Of a stretch of 37,056 nucleotides of DNA, positions 32,455 to 37,056 are shown one piece after another; the first letter of the stretch is position 1, and every line of letters begins with the position of its first letter. The DNA lies in assembly GCA_024704765.1 (NCBI GenBank), contig JAKMXF010000305.1, positions 1 to 37,056 of the forward strand. Direction: 5' to 3'. The notes below the pieces were generated by a model. The model did not search any database and had not been told where the DNA came from. It saw only the letters and a program-made list of their open reading frames with translations. The translations under genes and the position numbers were made by a program. The DNA comes from Oopsacas minuta (lineage: Eukaryota > Animalia > Porifera).

Positions 32455-33547
32455 GTTCTCTCTACTTATAGAGTCGATATTCTTTATTCTCATAAGTTTA
32501 TGGGACTCAATATTGCGGTGCTTCGATTTTCACTTTTGTTTGAAAGCACACATCGCTCATCCTTTCTATTCTCTATATGTTCGGTATTGGTTTATTTTGT
32601 AAATTTTGAATGGAATATATTGGGACGTGGTAGTACCGCGATATATTATTGCAATGGTGCTGATCTGATATTTGTCCATTTTCATTCAAATTTTGTGAAA
32701 AATCTAGTTTGAGAACTATAAGAGATCTACCGCCTTATTCACTAAGATGTTAAGCACTAAGTTCTAACTTAATTCCATGAGTTCAAACTTGTTCGTATTC
32801 ACTTGTAGTTAAGGTTGAACTTAAGTACAAACATTTTGCTATGATGTTTGATGAAACATTTGTTATAGACACTATTTGTTTGATTTTATGTAGTCATCAA
32901 TAATTAGTATCACTTTCTTATAACCGATCAATCCCAGTTATTTGCTAGGTAGCTAGTGGGACATTTGTGTACAATTTGTTTGAACTTTTGAGTCAGAAAT
33001 TTTTAGTGACCCTTGTGTACAAAGCTACTGCGAGTTTATGTAATATTTTGACTACCGACTACGAGATGTATCGTAATTTTCGCTACATGAGTGCCAGCTG
33101 TGTGTTATCTCTGAAATATTTATAATATTCTCAATTGATTCTTATTTACATTGACAGACTAATTGAATCATTCAGTATAGCATTTTTATTTGAGTTCTAA
33201 AAATATCAGCACATATTTTTAATAATTATTATTAATAATAATCCACCTAAATTGCGAATTTCATAGTTTTTTAGATGGTGATACTTTTCATATAGGGTTT
33301 TGCTATTTCTTTTAGCAATTTGTATTTTCGATTCGACTCAGATTACTAAGTTTCCACAATTGCATAATAAAAGCATTTCACATTCTTTTTATACCAGAAA
33401 GTTATATATCCATGTATCTTTCACTTGGGTGGCAACATAACCACTTTGAGCCTTATTAACATCTGCCTTTAGCTTGTGAGCAGGGACAAATTTTCCAAGG
33501 AGAATGTTTCAAACATGTTTTGTGTAAATAATTTGGTCGCTCTACTA

Positions 33548-34870
33548 CTAGGGCGTTCAATAAGTCTTGCGGGCGATATCAAAGAATATGATATAAACAC
33601 TATACCCACTAATTCACTATATTATTTATTCAAAGTAATCTCCTCCTGCAGATACACAAAGTTTTAACCTTTCTACCCACTTGTAAAACGTATTTCTGTA
33701 TCTTCTTCGGGGATGGATTTGAAGTGTTAGTACAGGCCCGTTCCGAGTGCTTGTGAATTGTTAAAATCTTTGTCTTGAAGGTAGATTTTAAGCTTGGGAA
33801 TAGCCAAAGATCAGACAAAGTTGGTCTGATGAGTATGGAGAAGTAATTCTAACCCTTCTACATCCAAGAAATTTTGGTAAGCTTAGCTGTATGGGAACTG
33901 GCGTTATCAATTAAAATCTTAATTCCTCGAGTTCCGGTTTTCGGGCGGCACTTTCTGTATTTTTTATAAAATTTGGAAGCATTTGCCCTGTAAAGAAAGT
34001 AACAGTGACGGCCTTACCACTCTCACAAGGTAATTGCAAGGCAATTCCATGACTACTGAAGAAGATGGTATACATAATCTTAGGTTTTCTGAAGTCGGGC
34101 CTAGGAATTTTCGCTGGTTGTTCGTCGCCTCTCACCCATGATCACTTCTTATACTTGCTATATGGTGTTGAATAGTACACCCACGTCTCGTCACCAGTAG
34201 TAATCTCTGTTAGGCATCTAGAATCGCAGTTCTCATAAGTTTCCAAGAGTTTCTTGGCAATATTCAGTCGTGCCCAACCTTTGATTCTCACTGAGCTTAT
34301 GCGGGACCCATTTCCCACAAATCGATCGGTAGCCAAGCTCAGTCGTCAGAATTGTATGAATAGCTCCCGATGAAATCTCCATACTTTGTTCTAAGTGATT
34401 GACAGTAATGCACTTGTCTTCCATGACAATACTTTCAATGAGTGCGATATTCTCTGAAGTGGTGGCGGATACCAGTCCTCCAGATCGAGGCAAATCTGTG
34501 ACATCAGCATCACCAGATCTAAAACGGGCAGCACATCGCTATGCAGTAGATCTGGAAGGGCAATCCATGCATAATATCTCCTGTAACTCGCTGAAGATCT
34601 GTACGAGCTGGATCTTGAGTATTGTGCGAAACTCTATGTAAGCTCGCCATTTGAGGTTGAAATTATAATCCTTTGAAGCCATAATTCGACAGTAGGTATA
34701 AATTGGCTACACGTAATTATCTCAAACATTCATAATTTGTATTGAATAAGCTTGAAACTTTCAGTATATGGAGTTTAACTATATGGGCTTATAATATATG
34801 AAATTTAGATATATTACTTGACTAATTCCTAAGATATATCATGACCCGCAAGACTTATTGAACGCCATCA
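33548..34870 (-). mobile_element. mariner element 3, full length (1323 bp), defective
   Basis: TIRs ..GGCGTTCAATAAGTCTTGCGGG at 33548 and the inverse ending at 34870; TA at 33546-33547 and 34871-34872. Confidence 0.93.
33626..34682 (-). pseudogene. mariner transposase pseudogene
   Basis: RAYIEFRT, DLPRSG, KWVPHKLSENQR, TGDETWVYY, KIMYTIFF, DNASSHTA, SDLWLFP, GGDYFE*; span of about 352 codons with frameshifts. Confidence 0.92.
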
Positions 34871-35053
34871 TATAATCCCAGTATTGTTGAAACTAATCAA
34901 TGCCTATCTATAAAACGTTCCCAAATCTGCATTAAAAATAATTCATAATTATATTTTATTTTGATAAGGATTACAATATCAATTAGCATTGTTTTCGCAA
35001 GATGAATTGAGCATAAAAATCTAACAGGAAATCAATTCTTATCACCTTATATA

Positions 35054-35965
35054 CTCTAAGTGGACAAAAGTTTATTATCACACAAATATATTGTCATAAA
35101 TTGTATACTCTTTCCCGATCCTATATATTGTGTAATCTATATTCGTAGCTGCTATCTAGTAATTTGTATAGAATAACAGACGTTTTTCAAGAATTTCAAA
35201 AAATATTTTCGATTTACACTTTTTGAAGTTGTTAATTATTAATACTTATTAGATAATTATTGATATTCAAAATATGTGGTAATTCAAAGCCTATTAAGAA
35301 TCTATAATTTCTGACTTGATATTTGAATTCTACGTAGGTAAGTTACCCCAGATTGAAATTTCAAATCGGATTGAACAATTTCTACCAGAGTTATGGATGA
35401 ATTTCAATTTGTGCCATTTGTGCCACCTTTTTCCCAAGGTGGCACAAGTGGCCGCTACCAAGAGGTTATTATGGAATTCAAGGGTTAGCATAGTCATATC
35501 ATTCGAAATATTACTTCGACTTATTCCTCCTAGCCCTAGTTGCTTGCCTTGTAGTAGCGCTTTTTCCTGCCACCTGTGCCACTTTTTAAAATAAGTGGCA
35601 CAAGTAGGGCAAATTGAAATTCTTCTATAACTTTAGTAAAAATTGTTCAATCCGATTGGAAATTTCAATCTGGGGTAACTTCCCTACGTAGAATTCAAAT
35701 ATCAAGTCAGAAATTATAGATTCTTAATAGGCTTTGAATTACCACGTATTTTGAATATCAATAATTATCTAATAATTATTAATAATTAACACCTTCAAAA
35801 AGTGTAAATCGAAAATATTTTTTGAAATTCTTGAAAACATATGTTATTCTATGCAAATTACTGGATAGCATCTACGAATATAGAGTAGACAATCTATAGG
35901 AGCGGAAAGAGTATACAATTTATGACAATATATTTGTCTGTTGTAATACTTTTGTCCACTTAGAG
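35054..35965. mobile_element. Tc1/mariner-type foldback MITE, copy 2 (912 bp)
   Basis: TA at 35052-35053 and 35966-35967; termini CTCTAAGTGGACAAAAGT; body closely similar to 15030-15933, including the asymmetric central spacer. Confidence 0.93.
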
Positions 35966-37056
35966 TATATACATTGCTTAGGCTATCAGAACGCTCAAAG
36001 GACTTTCGAGGCCATGTTGTGCATTTATGATTTTTAGAATTGCAATATACAATGTATTCAAAATATTGTTCAAATATTTAGGAAAGATTTAGCATCATCT
36101 CTAAACACACGGTAAAATGTTAGTTTGTGGTGGAATTGAGGAATTTTGAATTATACAGAAACAATTAATAGAAGTTAATTCGTAGTACATGACATGAGTT
36201 AATAGTTTTGGTATATTGGGAACATATTCTAAAACAACACCAATATCAGTAACCAAATTGACCTAGCACCTTGAATTGGGACAGTATATTTGTCTGGCAC
36301 TTAACTGGGTAATCAGTGCCAAGTGCGTCTGCAATAATGAATGTCGGACATCAGAAGCAAATGAATTGTGGCGCAGCCAATGTTAAAAATGTAATTAAGT
36401 TAGGCGGCTCAGCGCTTCCTGCGAGCAGCGTTCTAGGACTAACATTTTTCCCACAAGCGTAACTAGGCTCCTGGGTCTGATGGGCAGGTGCTACCACAAT
36501 GTCTTAGTTCCGCATAAGCCGCTTCTGTAAAAGTGGGGCTGCCATGGCCTACCCCAGGAATCTCACTAGCGATGCATCCTATTTATTCAACGTGTTAATA
36601 TTAATGTCTTGTGAAGGTATCTGTAAGTGATGCTGTAGAAACCAAATTTGATCAGTTATAACCCACTCCTTGGACCCTATTTAATTCGTTCCTTTTTTGA
36701 CACCATCATACTTATGACGTTTGTTGTCTATTTGAAGACGCAGCACACCCCTGCCTGAACACACAAAATATTCTAAATGACAAGATAATGAATTATCATA
36801 CATTTATGGTTGAATCATGAACAACAGATACTACCATACTTATCAAGAATACACGTGGCTGTGTTATAACACCTAAAATGAATAACACAACTCAACAAGA
36901 TTTCTCCTCAGAGATCACATACATTTATCTTAGCATACTTTTGAATGCTGAACTCGAATCTGCAATCAGAATTTCTCTAGCATGTCTAGTTATTCTGAAA
37001 TCCAATATCCATTTTTTCAATAGTATAGTATTACCCAGTTACTAAATTGCTATATA

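Noticed and set aside
494-35594. Short ORFs antisense to or off-frame within transposases and MITEs (e.g. 585-914, 13751-14002, 16724-16912, 21748-21984, 35316-35594)
   Set aside because: They are shadows of TE coding strands or TIR sequence, with no independent homology or start context.
36401-36445. HDV-like ribozyme (GCT-TCCTGCG-AGC stem-loop followed by GG and CTAA)
   Set aside because: L3 lacks the conserved G position, the putative P1 has two internal mismatches, and no P2 pairing exists in the required topology.
36981-37011. Copia protease-like WILD..TRH on the minus strand
   Set aside because: The catalytic DSG is absent and no neighbouring gag, integrase or LTR signal is visible.
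1-37056. Strand bias of TE remnants as in uni-strand piRNA clusters
   Set aside because: Eight of twelve transposase remnants are on the minus strand, which is not a convincing departure from random.

Overview
AT-rich eukaryotic (animal-like) genomic DNA made almost entirely of nested, decayed cut-and-paste DNA transposons. I find no host gene, RNA gene, CRISPR array or clear retroelement. Recognisable families: Tc1 (DD34E), three different mariners, a pogo/Passer-type DD35D element, at least five hAT elements or fragments (ZMYM1-like, Buster/Charlie-like, THAP12-like, BED-finger), a FLYWCH-MULE, a Chapaev-type element and many MITEs/foldbacks. All transposases are disrupted, so the short ORFs in the track are fragments of them or antisense shadows. 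The two most interesting items are (1) a 3.86-kb Chapaev-type element at 13008-16864 with CAC termini, ~415-bp TIRs and an ACAC TSD, whose ~665-aa transposase can be rebuilt and carries a RAG1-N-terminal-like zinc finger plus a Transib/RAG1-type core, and (2) a pogo DD35D transposase at 9215-11090 with an N-terminal C2H2 finger and a C-terminal Tudor-like module. Two copies of one ~910-bp foldback element differ symmetrically in their terminal 8 bp. Insertion order can be reconstructed from TSDs at several nests. Coordinates were counted by hand and family calls come from motif recognition, not database searches.
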